A stretch of DNA of 64,000 bases from assembly GCA_002269645.1 (NCBI GenBank), contig NIVC01001502.1, positions 177,571 to 241,570 on the forward strand, written 5' to 3'. The DNA comes from Macrostomum lignano (Eukaryota). Under the pieces are notes generated by a model. It had not been told where the DNA came from. It searched no databases and saw only the letters and a list, made by a program, of their open reading frames with translations. The translations under genes and the position numbers were made by a program. Below, piece after piece: positions 47,001 through 60,000 of this stretch. Numbering within the stretch: position 1 is the stretch's first letter; every line of letters starts with the position of its first letter.

Positions 47001-50000
47001 GGCCTTAAGTTGACATGAGATCCCCATTTTATCCCCTTTATCCCCTGGGACCCCAAGGAAGGGAGCCGGATGGGATGTCTCGGCGATTCTAGTCGTCTGG
47101 GCCGACAAGTTATCGATTGCAGTCGGTTTGGGCCGGAGCTGAACTTCGGGCTCCATTCCAGAGCCTTAAGTTGACATGAGATCCCCATTTTATCCCCTTT
47201 ATCCCCTGGGACCCCAAGGAAGGGAGCCGGATGGGATGTCTCGGCGATTCTAGTCGTCTGGGCCGACAAGTTATCGATTGCAGTCGGTTTGGTCCGGAGC
47301 TGAACTTCGGGCTCCATTCCAGGCCTTAAGTTGACATGAGATCCCCATTTTATCCCCTTTATCCCCTGGGACCCCAAGGAAGGGAGCCGGATGGGATGTC
47401 TCGGCGATTCTAGTCGTCTGGGCCGACAAGTTATCGATTGCAGTCGGTTTGGGCCGGAGCTGAACTTCGGGCTCCATTCCAGAGCCTTAAGTTGACATGA
47501 GATCCCCATTTTATCCCCTTTATCCCCTGGGACCCCAAGGAAGGGAGCCGGATGGGATGTCTCGGCGATTCTAGTCGTCTGGGCCGACAAGTTATCGATT
47601 GCAGTCGGTTTGGTCCGGAGCTGAACTTCGGGCTCCATTCCAGAGCCTTAAGTTGACATGAGATCCCCATTTTATCCCCTTTATCCCCTGGGACCCCAAG
47701 GAAGGGAGCCGGATGGGATGTCTCGGCGATTCTAGTCGTCTGGGCCGACAAGTTATCGATTGCAGTCGGTTTGGTCCGGAGCTGAACTTCGGGCTCCATT
47801 CCAGAGCCTTAAGTTGACATGAGATCCCCATTTTATCCCCTTTATCCCCTGGGACCCCAAGGAAGGGAGCCGGATGGGATGTCTCGGCGATTCTAGTCGT
47901 CTGGGCCGACAAGTTATCGATTGCAGTCGGTTTGGTCCGGAGCTGAACTTCGGGCTCCATTCCAGAGCCTTAAGTTGACATGAGATCCCCATTTTATCCC
48001 CTTTATCCCCTGGGACCCCAAGGAAGGGAGCCGGATGGGATGTCTCGGCGATTCTAGTCGTCTGGGCCGACAAGTTATCGATTGCAGTCGGTTTGGTCCG
48101 GAGCTGAACTTCGGGCTCCATTCCAGAGCCTTAAGTTGACATGAGATCCCCATTTTATCCCCTTTATCCCCTGGGACCCCAAGGAAGGGAGCCGGATGGG
48201 ATGTCTCGGCGATTCTAGTCGTCTGGGCCGACAAGTTATCGATTGCAGTCGGTTTGGTCCGGAGCTGAACTTCGGGCTCCATTCCAGGCCTTAAGTTGAC
48301 ATGAGATCCCCATTTTATCCCCTTTATCCCCTGGGACCCCAAGGAAGGGAGCCGGATGGGATGTCTCGGCGATTCTAGTCGTCTGGGCCGACAAGTTATC
48401 GATTGCAGTCGGTTTGGTCCGGAGCTGAACTTCGGGCTCCATTCCAGGCCTTAAGTTGACATGAGATCCCCATTTTATCCCCTTTATCCCCTGGGACCCC
48501 AAGGAAGGGAGCCGGATGGGATGTCTCGGCGATTCTAGTCGTCTGGGCCGACAACTTATCGATTGCAGTCGGTTTGGGCCGGAGCTGAACTTCGGGCTCC
48601 ATTCCAGAGCCTTAAGTTGACATGAGATCCCCATTTTATCCCCTTTATCCCCTGGGACCCCAAGGAAGGGAGCCGGATGGGATGTCTCGGCGATTCTAGT
48701 CGTCTGGGCCGACAAGTTATCGATTGCAGTCGGTTTGGTCCGGAGCTGAACTTCGGGCTCCATTCCAGAGCCTTAAGTTGACATGAGATCCCCATTTTAT
48801 CCCCTTTATCCCCTGGGACCCCAAGGAAGGGAGCCGGATGGGATGTCTCGGCGATTCTAGTCGTCTGGGCCGACAAGTTATCGATTGCAGTCGGTTTGGT
48901 CCGGAGCTGAACTTCGGGCTCCATTCTGGTGCTTAAGTTGACATGAGATCCCCATTTTATCCCCTTTATCCCCTGGGACCCCAAGGAAGGGAGCCGGATG
49001 GGATGTCTCGGCGATTCTAGTCGTCTGGGCCGACAAGTTATCGATTGCAGTCGGTTTGGTCCGGAGCTGAACTTCGGGCTCCATTCCAGAGCCTTAAGTT
49101 GACATGAGATCCCCATTTTATCCCCTTTATCCCCTGGGACCCCAAGGAAGGGAGCCGGATGGGATGTCTCGGCGATTCTAGTCGTCTGGGCCGACAAGTT
49201 ATCGATTGCAGTCGGTTTGGTCCGGAGCTGAACTTCGGGCTCCATTCCAGAGCCTTAAGTTGACATGAGATCCCCATTTTATCCCCTTTATCCCCTGGGA
49301 CCCCAAGGAAGGGAGCCGGATGGGATGTCTCGGCGATTCTAGTCGTCTGGGCCGACAAGTTATCGATTGCAGTCGGTTTGGTCCGGAGCTGAACTTCGGG
49401 CTCCATTCCAGGCCTTAAGTTGACATGAGATCCCCATTTTATCCCCTTTATCCCCTGGGACCCCAAGGAAGGGAGCCGGATGGGATGTCTCGGCGATTCT
49501 AGTCGTCTGGGCCGACAAGTTATCGATTGCAGTCGGTTTGGTCCGGAGCTGAACTTCGGGCTCCATTCCAGGCCTTAAGTTGACATGAGATCCCCATTTT
49601 ATCCCCTTTATCCCCTGGGACCCCAAGGAAGGGAGCCGGATGGGATGTCTCGGCGATTCTAGTCGTCTGGGCCGACAACTTATCGATTGCAGTCGGTTTG
49701 GGCCGGAGCTGAACTTCGGGCTCCATTCCAGAGCCTTAAGTTGACATGAGATCCCCATTTTATCCCCTTTATCCCCTGGGACCCCAAGGAAGGGAGCCGG
49801 ATGGGATGTCTCGGCGATTCTAGTCGTCTGGGCCGACAAGTTATCGATTGCAGTCGGTTTGGTCCGGAGCTGAACTTCGGGCTCCATTCCAGAGCCTTAA
49901 GTTGACATGAGATCCCCATTTTATCCCCTTTATCCCCTGGGACCCCAAGGAAGGGAGCCGGATGGGATGTCTCGGCGATTCTAGTCGTCTGGGCCGACAA

Positions 50001-50876
50001 GTTATCGATTGCAGTCGGTTTGGTCCGGAGCTGAACTTCGGGCTCCATTCCAGGGCCTTAAGTTGACATGAGATCCCCATTTTATCCCCTTTATCCCCTG
50101 GGACCCCAAGGAAGGGAGCCGGATGGGATGTCTCGGCGATTCTAGTCGTCTGGGCCGACAACTTATCGATTGCAGTCGGTTTGGGCCGGAGCTGAACTTC
50201 GGGCTCCATTCCAGAGCCTTAAGTTGACATGAGATCCCCATTTTATCCCCTTTATCCCCTGGGACCCCAAGGAAGGGAGCCGGATGGGATGTCTCGGCGA
50301 TTCTAGTCGTCTGGGCCGACAAGTTATCGATTGCAGTCGGTTTGGTCCGGAGCTGAACTTCGGGCTCCATTCCAGAGCCTTAAGTTGACATGAGATCCCC
50401 ATTTTATCCCCTTTATCCCCTGGGACCCCAAGGAAGGGAGCCGGATGGGATGTCTCGGCGATTCTAGTCGTCTGGGCCGACAAGTTATCGATTGCAGTCG
50501 GTTTGGTCCGGAGCTGAACTTCGGGCTCCATTCTGGTGCTTAAGTTGACATGAGATCCCCATTTTATCCCCTTTATCCCCTGGGACCCCAAGGAAGGGAG
50601 CCGGATGGGATGTCTCGGCGATTCTAGTCGTCTGGGCCGACAAGTTATCGATTGCAGTCGGTTTGGTCCGGAGCTGAACTTCGGGCTCCATTCCAGAGCC
50701 TTAAGTTGACATGAGATCCCCATTTTATCCCCTTTATCCCCTGGGACCCCAAGGAAGGGAGCCGGATGGGATGTCTCGGCGATTCTAGTCGTCTGGGCCG
50801 ACAAGTTATCGATTGCAGTCGGTTTGGTCCGGAGCTGAACTTCGGGCTCCATTCTGGTGCTTAAGTTGACATCCCC
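44099..50876 (-). repeat. Right TIR: about 41.6 copies of the same 161-bp unit in inverted orientation
   Basis: Reverse-complement units with 161-bp periodicity (ORF ends 44424, 44585, 44746 ...). Confidence 0.95.
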
Positions 50877-51068
50877 TTTCATTTCTTTGTATTTCTTTGT
50901 ACGCTGCTGTGCTCGGCTAAAGTTGACTGAGACCAGCGAGAGACTAAACTTAGTACTCTGCTGGGGGAGAGGACTATTTCAGTAGCTGGCTATTCGAGCA
51001 AAAACAAGCCGCAGTCTCCCTTGACGTGTCGCTGACGCATCGTTGTTCGTCCAATTTCAAAAGCCGTG

Positions 51069-54000
51069 ATGAGGCGGCAGCGGCTATTGCCGCCAATTTT
51101 ACTTTTGCTGGCACTGATTTTGCTGCTGCTGGACTGCGGACAGTGCAAAAAGTCAGGCTCCGAGCATGGTAGGTACTGTAGGCTGGTAGGATACACAGGT
51201 GTAGCATCTGCACTGCACGAACTTTCTCATTGTCAGACAGTGCCAATTGCGTAAACATTCCATGCCAATATAGAGATTTGAGAATTTTCTCTTTTGTGAG
51301 CATGGAAACTGTGATTGATGCTGTAGCATTCTGTATCTGATTCACTGATTCTTCTGATGTTGATTCACTACGGATTGCTTTCACAATATCGAAATTTCAC
51401 ATCGTGGAAGACAGTAAACCTTACAAGCTCTCGATCAAAGCGACAGATATATGTTGTACAGTAGTGTTTACTATTTATAGACTTTAACCATGGCGTAAGA
51501 ATTTAATCAAACGACTTGGCCTAGCAGGTTGCCCTCCAAGATCGGAGACTAAGTCGGCTTGTCGAACTGACGGACTTCAAAGCGTGGTGATCACGCTCTA
51601 CAAATGGAATCCCTATTTGAATCGGTGCCAGAGGAACATACAATTAAAAGAGGTCTCTTGCGACAAAGCCGGCGCTAAAAAAGGTGGGAGTAAATGATTT
51701 TTATTGTCTAGAAATTCTCAACTCTGTTTTCAGATATTCTTTACGCCCGATTACCAAACAAAGAAACAAAGACAAAGCTCTGACAAAGATCTCAATTAAA
51801 ATTAAAGTGAAAACAGCGTCACAAGGCTTTGAAGCAAACGTAGGCCTGATCTGTCTGGGGCGGCGTCGCCATCAGCTAGCAGGCAGTCGACTAAAAGCTG
51901 AGTGCACGCATGCCTGCCTGCGTTTCCATATTTTTATGTGCCCAGAAATCAGTGGAATAGACAGAACTGGCTCAGCACTGCTTGCTGAAAGATGTCGCCG
52001 AAGTTGTTGCGAAAGGGTGCCCAGAACCCTCCTGCGAAAGCATGTACGTATGTTTAAATTTGAACAGTACAACCCGACACAGATAATGTGGCCTGCCATC
52101 TGGAGTTTCCAGCAGTGCAACAGGTCTACGGGTCTACGAGTACTTGCTCCACTTGAACTTTCGACGCCATCTACATCAAATCAACTAACAGCCCTTAACT
52201 ACGAAGTAATAACCACACTAATAACCTTAACTAATAACGACAACATTCCAAAGAAAGTCTCTCTAATTGTAGTCCTCCATAAAATGACTATGCTTTCCCA
52301 AAAACAGCCCTTCAACTGACAGCACGCACCTATCAAAGAGCCTCGGATGATAATGAACACTCAAGCATAAACCCCGAAAATGGCAAGTTCTTTAAGAAAT
52401 CTACTGTGCCTCACGCTCACGGTCTTAATCAATGCCCAGGACGTAGGGGCTAACCCACAAGGCAAAATGAAGTGTACGCATGCCTGACGATAAATAAAAT
52501 TAGGCTCACTGTAAACTCCTGCGTGTGTGTGCCTGTGCGAATGAAAAATCCGCGCACTTGTGTGCCTGCTCAGGCGTCGTCGACAAAATGGGCAGTAATG
52601 CCTCTCGCCGGTTATGCGACAATGTCGCTTGAAGAGCGTCAGGGTGCACACAGCTTCTGCCTCTAATAAAAAAATAAATTCTTATTCTCGATACCCCCAC
52701 TCAGGCGTATGCCCGGAGCCGAGAACGGTGGAGCCAGGGTCCTGCAACAGGCGCAACAATCGGCAGAAGACGCTGGTGATGCACTACGAGCCGGACGGCA
52801 AAGGCGGCTGCGTCCTGCACAAAGACTTCGCCTACCCGAACTGTCCGAAAAAGAAGCCGGGTGGTAAGGATGACTCCGACGGGTGTCCGGAGCCGCGATA
52901 CTACCAGAAGCCTTGCACCGGTCGGCACAGACAGGTGTTCAAGTTTTATTACATTCGCGGCAAAGCTAAACCTGGTAGCAGTTCTGCACACGAATGCATT
53001 GAAAAGACGTCTATAAATGTGGAGGCTTGCGGCGCTTTTGGTAAGTTTCCAGCAATCACAGCACAATTTACGCTTCTTGCTTCACCCAAAAGTTCGCAAT
53101 TCCCAAGCTTCAGAGCTTTAATTCCCAAAATTCAGATCCAGCGAAACGTTGTCCATCGCCGAAAGTTGTCGAGAGAGGCCGCTGCAAAGACGGCTTCAGG
53201 ACGTTGATTCGCACCGAATACTCACGAGATCCAGCTGGCAAGTGCGTCGAAAGCTCGCACAGCGTAACAGAGAGTTGCGGCGATGGCGAAACGGAAGAGC
53301 AGCCTTGTCCGCCAAACGTACTGAAGCAGGGACCATGCGTTGACGGCCTGCGGCACATCACCCGACAGTACTACGAGCGCATCAAGAAGGAAGGCAACCG
53401 ATGCGTTCGCAAATTCAGCATCGAGAATCGGCCCTGCGGCAAGCACAAACCGGGCGTGTGCCCAAAGCCGCGCGTACTGGAGCCGGGTCCATGCACGGAC
53501 GGCCGGACACGAGTGCTTGTGGCGCACTACGAACCCGATCCGAAAACTGGCCGATGCAAGGAGCAGCGCACCTTTACTGTCAAGACTTGCGGAAAACACA
53601 AGCCAAAGAAGACCAAAGACAAAACAACCAAAGCCGAGGAATGTCCTGACAAGGCCTACTCCCAGGGTCCGTGCAAGATGGGCTATCGAAACTTGTTCAC
53701 CTTCAGCTATACCTACTCAGCCGATTTGAAACGCTGCATCAAACACGTAGCACTAAAACGGGAGCAGTGCGCCGCGTTGGGTAACACTAAATTTCCGCAT
53801 CCGCTCAAAGATTTACTTATATGATAAAAATTTCTAACTAATAGCTACTTTCCATTTTTTATAAAGTTGCCACAGAAGCTTGTCCATCTGACGACACCGT
53901 GGAGACAGGGCCTTGTAAGAGCGGTTTCCGCACCAGCATTCTTTATCACTACTCGCGCAACACCGAGGGACACTGCCAAAAGAATGTGAAGAAGGTTACT

Positions 54001-57000
54001 AGTCCCTGCAGATCGAAGAAAGCAACTGGTGAGTTTCTGGTTTAGATTGGCTGCTGACAGTAGCAAACGAGTGTGATTTTGCTGCTCAAAACTCATTGCA
54101 GAATGCCCTCCAAAGCGAGTGAAGAAGGTTGGAGGCTGCGAGGACCGGATCCAAAGGTGGCTCACAGTCTACTTTGAGTGGAACAAGCTCAAGGGTCGGT
54201 GCGTGAAGAAGTTCAGAGCGAGAGAAAAACCGTGTAGAGAGGCTGCCTCAGGATCTACAGGAGCTGCAAAGAGTGAGTAGACCAACTAATTATCTCGAGC
54301 ACGTACTGTACTTAGCCACAATTCCGGTACAACAGTCGAGCTACAATACTTCTCAATCTTCAATCGTTACCAGGTAAAAAGTGTCCGAAGCGACGAGTGA
54401 TGGAGCCCGGACCGTGCATTGACGGATCCAGAAAGGTGCTCGTCGAGCATTATGAGTACAGTGAGAAGCGAGGTCGCTGTATCGCTCACAGAGACTTCAT
54501 GCATCAGAAGTGCGGCGAGAAGGCCAAGAAGAAAAAGAAGAAGTCTACTCCCGGAGTCGACTTGAAGCACGAGTGTCCGGAGAAGACGGTCAATCAGGGA
54601 GCGTGTCGGAAGGGGGGCTACAGGACAGTGAACACAGTGTACTTTGTGTTTGTGAAGGCTCTGGGTCGATGTGTGAGGAAGGTCAAACAGGAGGACGAGA
54701 AGTGCGCCTTGCTGGGTAAGACATTAGCAATATTTTAATCAAAAAAATAATTTTTCGATATGATTTTTTGATCCCCACTGTACCATGCAGTACGAGTAAT
54801 TCTATATTGTCTTGTATGTTGTTTTACCTTGCACTTAACGGTATTAGCTACTGCATTTAGCGCTTGTACTCTGCCTTTATGGCGAGACTGATATTTTCAG
54901 TCAGTCAGAAAGGCAGAAACTGCTGCAAAGACGTACTATAAATATTTTGATTGTCTCCGGATCTGTTCTTCTGTCTGAGTGTGGCACCACACCAAGGCAG
55001 GATTTTTAAACACCTCAGGGACCAATTTCATGAAGCACTGCTAACTGTTACACTGTATTTCACAGCTGCTAGTGAACTTTTGGTTTTATGAGTCTAGCTG
55101 TTGTAAACAGATTTTTACCAGCCTGCTAACTTTTGTCTTCACGAGCTAAAGTTTAGCATCCTTGATAGGCGACTAAGAATGGAGATTCCACTTTTCGACG
55201 CGCTTCAAGCAGCTGATCTCCCGGTCGATAGTCGTCTGCCGAGAGAGTTTAAAGATCGCATGAATTTCGCCGCCGCTGATGACTTTTAGCAGCGCTTCCG
55301 AATGAACCCAGAATTACGTTCAATTTCTGGCGGGGGTCTTTTGGCCCGAAGTTGGAATACGATGCGCCAAGAAGTAGAAGCTTGAGCGCACGTGAGCAAA
55401 CGCTGACCACTTTGCGATGCTACGCACCCATTAGTTTCTATCAGACGTACTCTGGGATGCAAATGGGCCTTCTGAATCGACAGTGACAAATTTGAATTCG
55501 AAGTCACGAAATGCCGCTTCACTGGCCCAACGTCAGCGAGCTCCGAATATTTGAGCCTTCTCGCTTTAAAAGAGCCATATTCGCCCCCACATACATGTAG
55601 ATGTTTGCCTATGGCACAACCTTGCTGTTAACTGGCTGGCTCTGCTAGTTAGCAGCTCAGACATGAAACCAAAGTTTCTCTCAACAGTCGGTTAGCAGCG
55701 TGAAGTGGGCCCAAAAGTGTATTTTTTGAAACAAATAGGTACGCTCGTAATGATTGCATTTTTTGCGCCCACCGTTACTACACTTATAGCGCTTCACTTA
55801 CTTCATGTAATCTTAGTATGCGCAGCAGGGTTGAGGTCAGCATCCAATGAATTATTATCCGTTGCTCTGTTTAAAAGCTTAAAAGTTCGTGCACCTGCAA
55901 TTTGTCGTTGGTCTTAACAGCTCTCGCCATGGCTTGAATAGCTTGTATGCATCAGGATCTAATGTACACGTACTTTGATCTTGATGTAGTGAAAGTTTTT
56001 GTGTACGCTCGTATAAACATAACGCAAAAATTTTAATACCCGAACGCATGGCGACAAATTGAGGGATAGCTACGATTTTCTACTAAACGCATTCAAGCCT
56101 TTTTTTCTTAGAACAATGATTCGTCCACAAAAGGATATTTCATCTACATATTTAGGCCTGTAATTTTTTCATACATCGTCATTGATTACGAGTATGTATC
56201 GAATTATGAAGTTAAGCAGGGCTTTAACAAGTGCAAGTAGTTTACAATACTCACAGTAATGAAGTAAAAACTGAAATACGGATTTTTCGCCATAGTCTGC
56301 TTCTTTTGAGTGCAGGCGTTTACTTCTGAAGCTAAAAAGCAAAGTTATATGATATAATATACACTTTATATTGAAAATTCAGTGAAAAACAAGAGCTGCC
56401 CAGCGGACGTCACTCAAGAAGTCGGACCCTGCGTGAACGGGTACCGCACTAACATCGTCTACACATTCAAGAGAGATCTGGAAGGTCGATGCGAGAAAAA
56501 GTCCAAGAAGATCACAATCACTTGCAGTGATGAGAAAGCCAAAGGTAAATACGACAGTACGTGTTTGAATTTTTCCAGGTAGTTCTGGATTAACACTGAA
56601 TTGCCCATTTCGATAATTTCAGTCTGCCCTCCAAAGCGAGTGAAGAAGGTCGGAGGCTGCGAGGACCGGATCCAAAGGTGGCTCACAGTCTATTTCGAGT
56701 GGAACAAGCTCAAGGGTCGGTGCGTGAAGAAGTTCAGAGCGAGAGAAAAACCGTGTAGAGAGGCTGCCTCAGGATCTACAGGAGCTGCAAAGAGTGAGTA
56801 GACCAACTAATTATCTCGAGCACGTACTGTACTTAGCCACAATTCCGGTACAACAGTCGAGCTACAATACTTCTCAATCTTCAATCGTTACCAGGTAAAA
56901 AGTGTCCGAAGCGACGAGTGATGGAGCCCGGACCGTGCATTGACGGATCCAGAAAGGTGCTCGTCGAGCACTATGAGTACAGTGAGAAGCGAGGTCGCTG

Positions 57001-60000
57001 TATCGCTCACAGAGACTTCATGCATCAGAAGTGCGGCGAGAAGGCCAAGAAGAAAAAGAAGAAGTCTACTCCCGGAGTCGACTTGAAGCACGAGTGTCCG
57101 GAGAAGACGGTCAATCAGGGCGCGTGTCGGAAGGGGGGCTACAGGACAGTGAGCACAGTGTACTTTGTGTTTGTGAAGGCTCTGGGTCGATGTGTGAGGA
57201 AGGTCAAACAGGAGGACGAGAAGTGCGCTCTCTTGGGTGAGTTGTTGCTTCTTTAGAGCATGCTTCATATTTGGGTGTGAGCGCTGGATTTAAGCTGTAG
57301 TCTGGCTTGTTGGTGCGCGTGCACTTAGATGTGCACGTCTGGCTGGTTTGGGGGTTGGGGTTTAGCGCTGCGGCGTGTGCGTGCTTAGGGTGGTTACACC
57401 CACCCCAACTTTGGCAATAAATATATTGGCGTGAGCCAGTGAGGTCTCCTCACGTTTTGTTATTCTCTGCAATTCAACCCACGGTCTTACACTGGTGGCA
57501 GCGGTCTCAGTATGGCCAAATCAGAGCAAGCCAGTTTATTGCCTCCAAAGTTCAGCGGCGACTCCAACGTGAGAATGTGGCTAAGCACGTTTGAGGACTT
57601 CGCCGACGACTGCGAATGGGACGACAAGAAGAAGGCAAAGAAGCTGAGACTGCTGGTGACAGGAGAAGCGCAAATCTTCGTCTGGGAGCAGCCGGCAGAC
57701 GTGTCAGCCAGCTATGAAAGGCTGAAGGAGAAGCTGATCGAGTGCTTCGGCAACAGTCTGAGCTGCTACAGAGCAATGGAGGAGTTTGAAGAGCGAAAGC
57801 GACAGCCCAACGAGTCGCTGAGGGAGCTCGCCTACAGCCTGAAGCTTCTCCACCTTCGGGCCCGCCCGGACGACTCCGTGGCGGCTCGGGAAAAGGACGT
57901 GAAGTTTCGTCTGATGCGCCTCCTGCCATCTGCCGTGAGAGATGCGCTGTTGAAGGACCAGGACGCGGACTCGTGTTCGCTGGCCGCCATCGTCGACAGA
58001 GCTGCGCAGCTTGAGCTGGTGAGCCACGCAACTACAGCCTCATCAGCCGCGGTGTCGGTAGAAGACAGACGGCTGAGCCAGCTGGAGCAGCAGATGCAGC
58101 AGCTGACAGCCAGCGTGCGAACGGGACCACCCGGAAGAGACAGGCGTCAGAAGGGACCCATTAGGTGCTTCAGCTGCGGCGAGCCGGGTCACATTGCTAG
58201 GCGGTGCCCAAAGGCGATCGGCAGCCGCTGCAGCCGGTGCTCAGGCAAGGGTCACTCCGCCGCGGTGTGCCCGACACCAACTGGTCAGCCGCAGGGAAAC
58301 TTCTGAGGGTCGGCAGCCTGGGGCCAGCACCGACCCGCTCAAAAGGGGCCCTCAGATCAGCGCCTTCAGTCTTCGTGAAGGTGCACTTTGGCAGCGTGTC
58401 AGCGCCTGCTCTGCTCGACACCGGCGCGCAAGTTTCGTTGATGGACAAGTCGCTGTTCGACAGACTGCAGTGCAAGATCGACTCCACCGACATCGGTGCG
58501 CTGCCGACGGCTGTCGACGGATCCCGGCTGCGCTGCCTTGGCCTGTCAGCAGCGGATGTTTCGATCGGCCAGACCATCCGCGTGCGCCATCGCTTCACAG
58601 TCGTGGACGGCATCCAGCCCAGCCTGATCATCGGCATGGACTTCATTGGCGAGGTGTCGCAGGCGATGACCATTGACATTAAAGAAGGCGTCGTCAGGTT
58701 CGACGGCACAGCTGTGCCTTTCAGCAGCGAGCCGGCTCGAGCAGATTGTCGCCTGGTGCCGAGTGTCCTGGTGGCGCGTGTGGCGGCAACTACGGAGCTG
58801 CCCGCCCGCAGCGAGAAGCTGGTGTGGCTCAAGGTGGATTCCAGCGGCGAGCAGGGAGTCTTTGAGCCGTCTGAGGACTTCGTGAAGTCCACTGCCGTCC
58901 TGCCGGGCCGCGTGCTGGCGGTCTCGGACGACTGCCGCATCCCGGTGAAAATGTGCAACCTTGCAGAGGAGCCCGTGCTGCTGTACGCCAACAAGGCGGT
59001 CGGCACGTTCGAAGGCGCGATGACAGACGGGGACGGTCGCCAGGAGGCGGCCCAGGAGAACCCCGTCGGTTGGAACATCAACGCGGAGCTGCCCGAACCG
59101 GATGCTGCGAGGCTGCGACAGCTGTTGGAGAGCAACGAGGACCTGTTCGCCAGGCACGAGTACGACCTGGGCACGACGGCGTTGCTGCAGCACCAAATCG
59201 AGCTGGAGCCGGGAGCGCGGCCACACCGGCAGGTCCAGCGCCGGCTGCCGCTGTCTGTGCGAGACCAGGTGGACAAGAAGATCGGTCAGATGCTGGAAAG
59301 CGGCATCATCGAACCGTCGACATCGCCATGGGCCAGCAACCTGCTGGTGGTCCGCAAGAAGAACGGCGACATCAGACTGTGCACGGACTGGCGGCAGCTC
59401 AACGCCTGCACGGTCAAGGATGCATACCCGCTGCCGCACCTGCAGCAGGCCATGGATGCGCTTGTCGGATGCTCCTGGTTCTCCACCATCGACTGCCGGC
59501 AGGGCTACCACCAGGTGGAGGTGGCGGAGGAGGACCGGTACAAGACGGCTTTCTATTCGACGCGCGGCCTGATGCAATTCTGCAAGATGGGCTTCGGGAT
59601 GTGCAATGCCCCGGCGACGTTCCAGCGGCTCATGGAGCTGGTGATGTCCGGCCTGTCCTGGGAGTCCGTGCTGACTTATATCGACGACATCATTGTCTTC
59701 AGCAGGACGTTCGACGAGCACTTAGAGAGGCTGGCGGAAGTTTTTAAGCGGCTGCGAGACGCGGGACTCAAGCTGCACAAGGCCAAGAGCGCGTTCGGCC
59801 ATCGCCGGGTGCTGTACCTGGGACACCTGATCAGCGAGCAGGGCATCGCACCGGATCCCGGCAAGGTCGAGGCCATTCGCAGCATGCCCAGCCCAACGAC
59901 GAACGAGGAGGTGAAGCGGTTTCTTGGAATGCTGGGTTTCTACCGCCGGTTCATCCGAGGCTTCAGCCAGACGGCGAGGGTCCTGCACGACGTCAGCGTG

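Larger units (their letters stand above)
36264..50876. mobile_element. 14.6-kb PHIS-group (PIF/Harbinger-ISL2EU-Spy) DNA transposon with giant tandem-array TIRs and no TSD
   Basis: Ends are perfectly inverted (GGGGATGTCAACTTAAGCACCAGAATGG ... CCATTCTGGTGCTTAAGTTGACATCCCC). Flanks are AAA (36261-63) and TTT (50877-79), giving the empty site GAAA|TTTC. A central DDE transposase ORF is present. Confidence 0.9.

Noticed and set aside
36264-50876. CRISPR-like array
   Set aside because: No unique spacers, unit far too long, eukaryotic context, no cas genes.
36288-50882. Dozens of 68-282 aa ORFs (MEPEVQLRTK...) in the arrays
   Set aside because: Frame-cycling translations of a 161-bp unit whose length is not a multiple of 3; no protein features.
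51990-52050. GCPEPSC-encoding stretch resembling a module start
   Set aside because: Incomplete Cys pattern and an early stop; not supportable as an exon.
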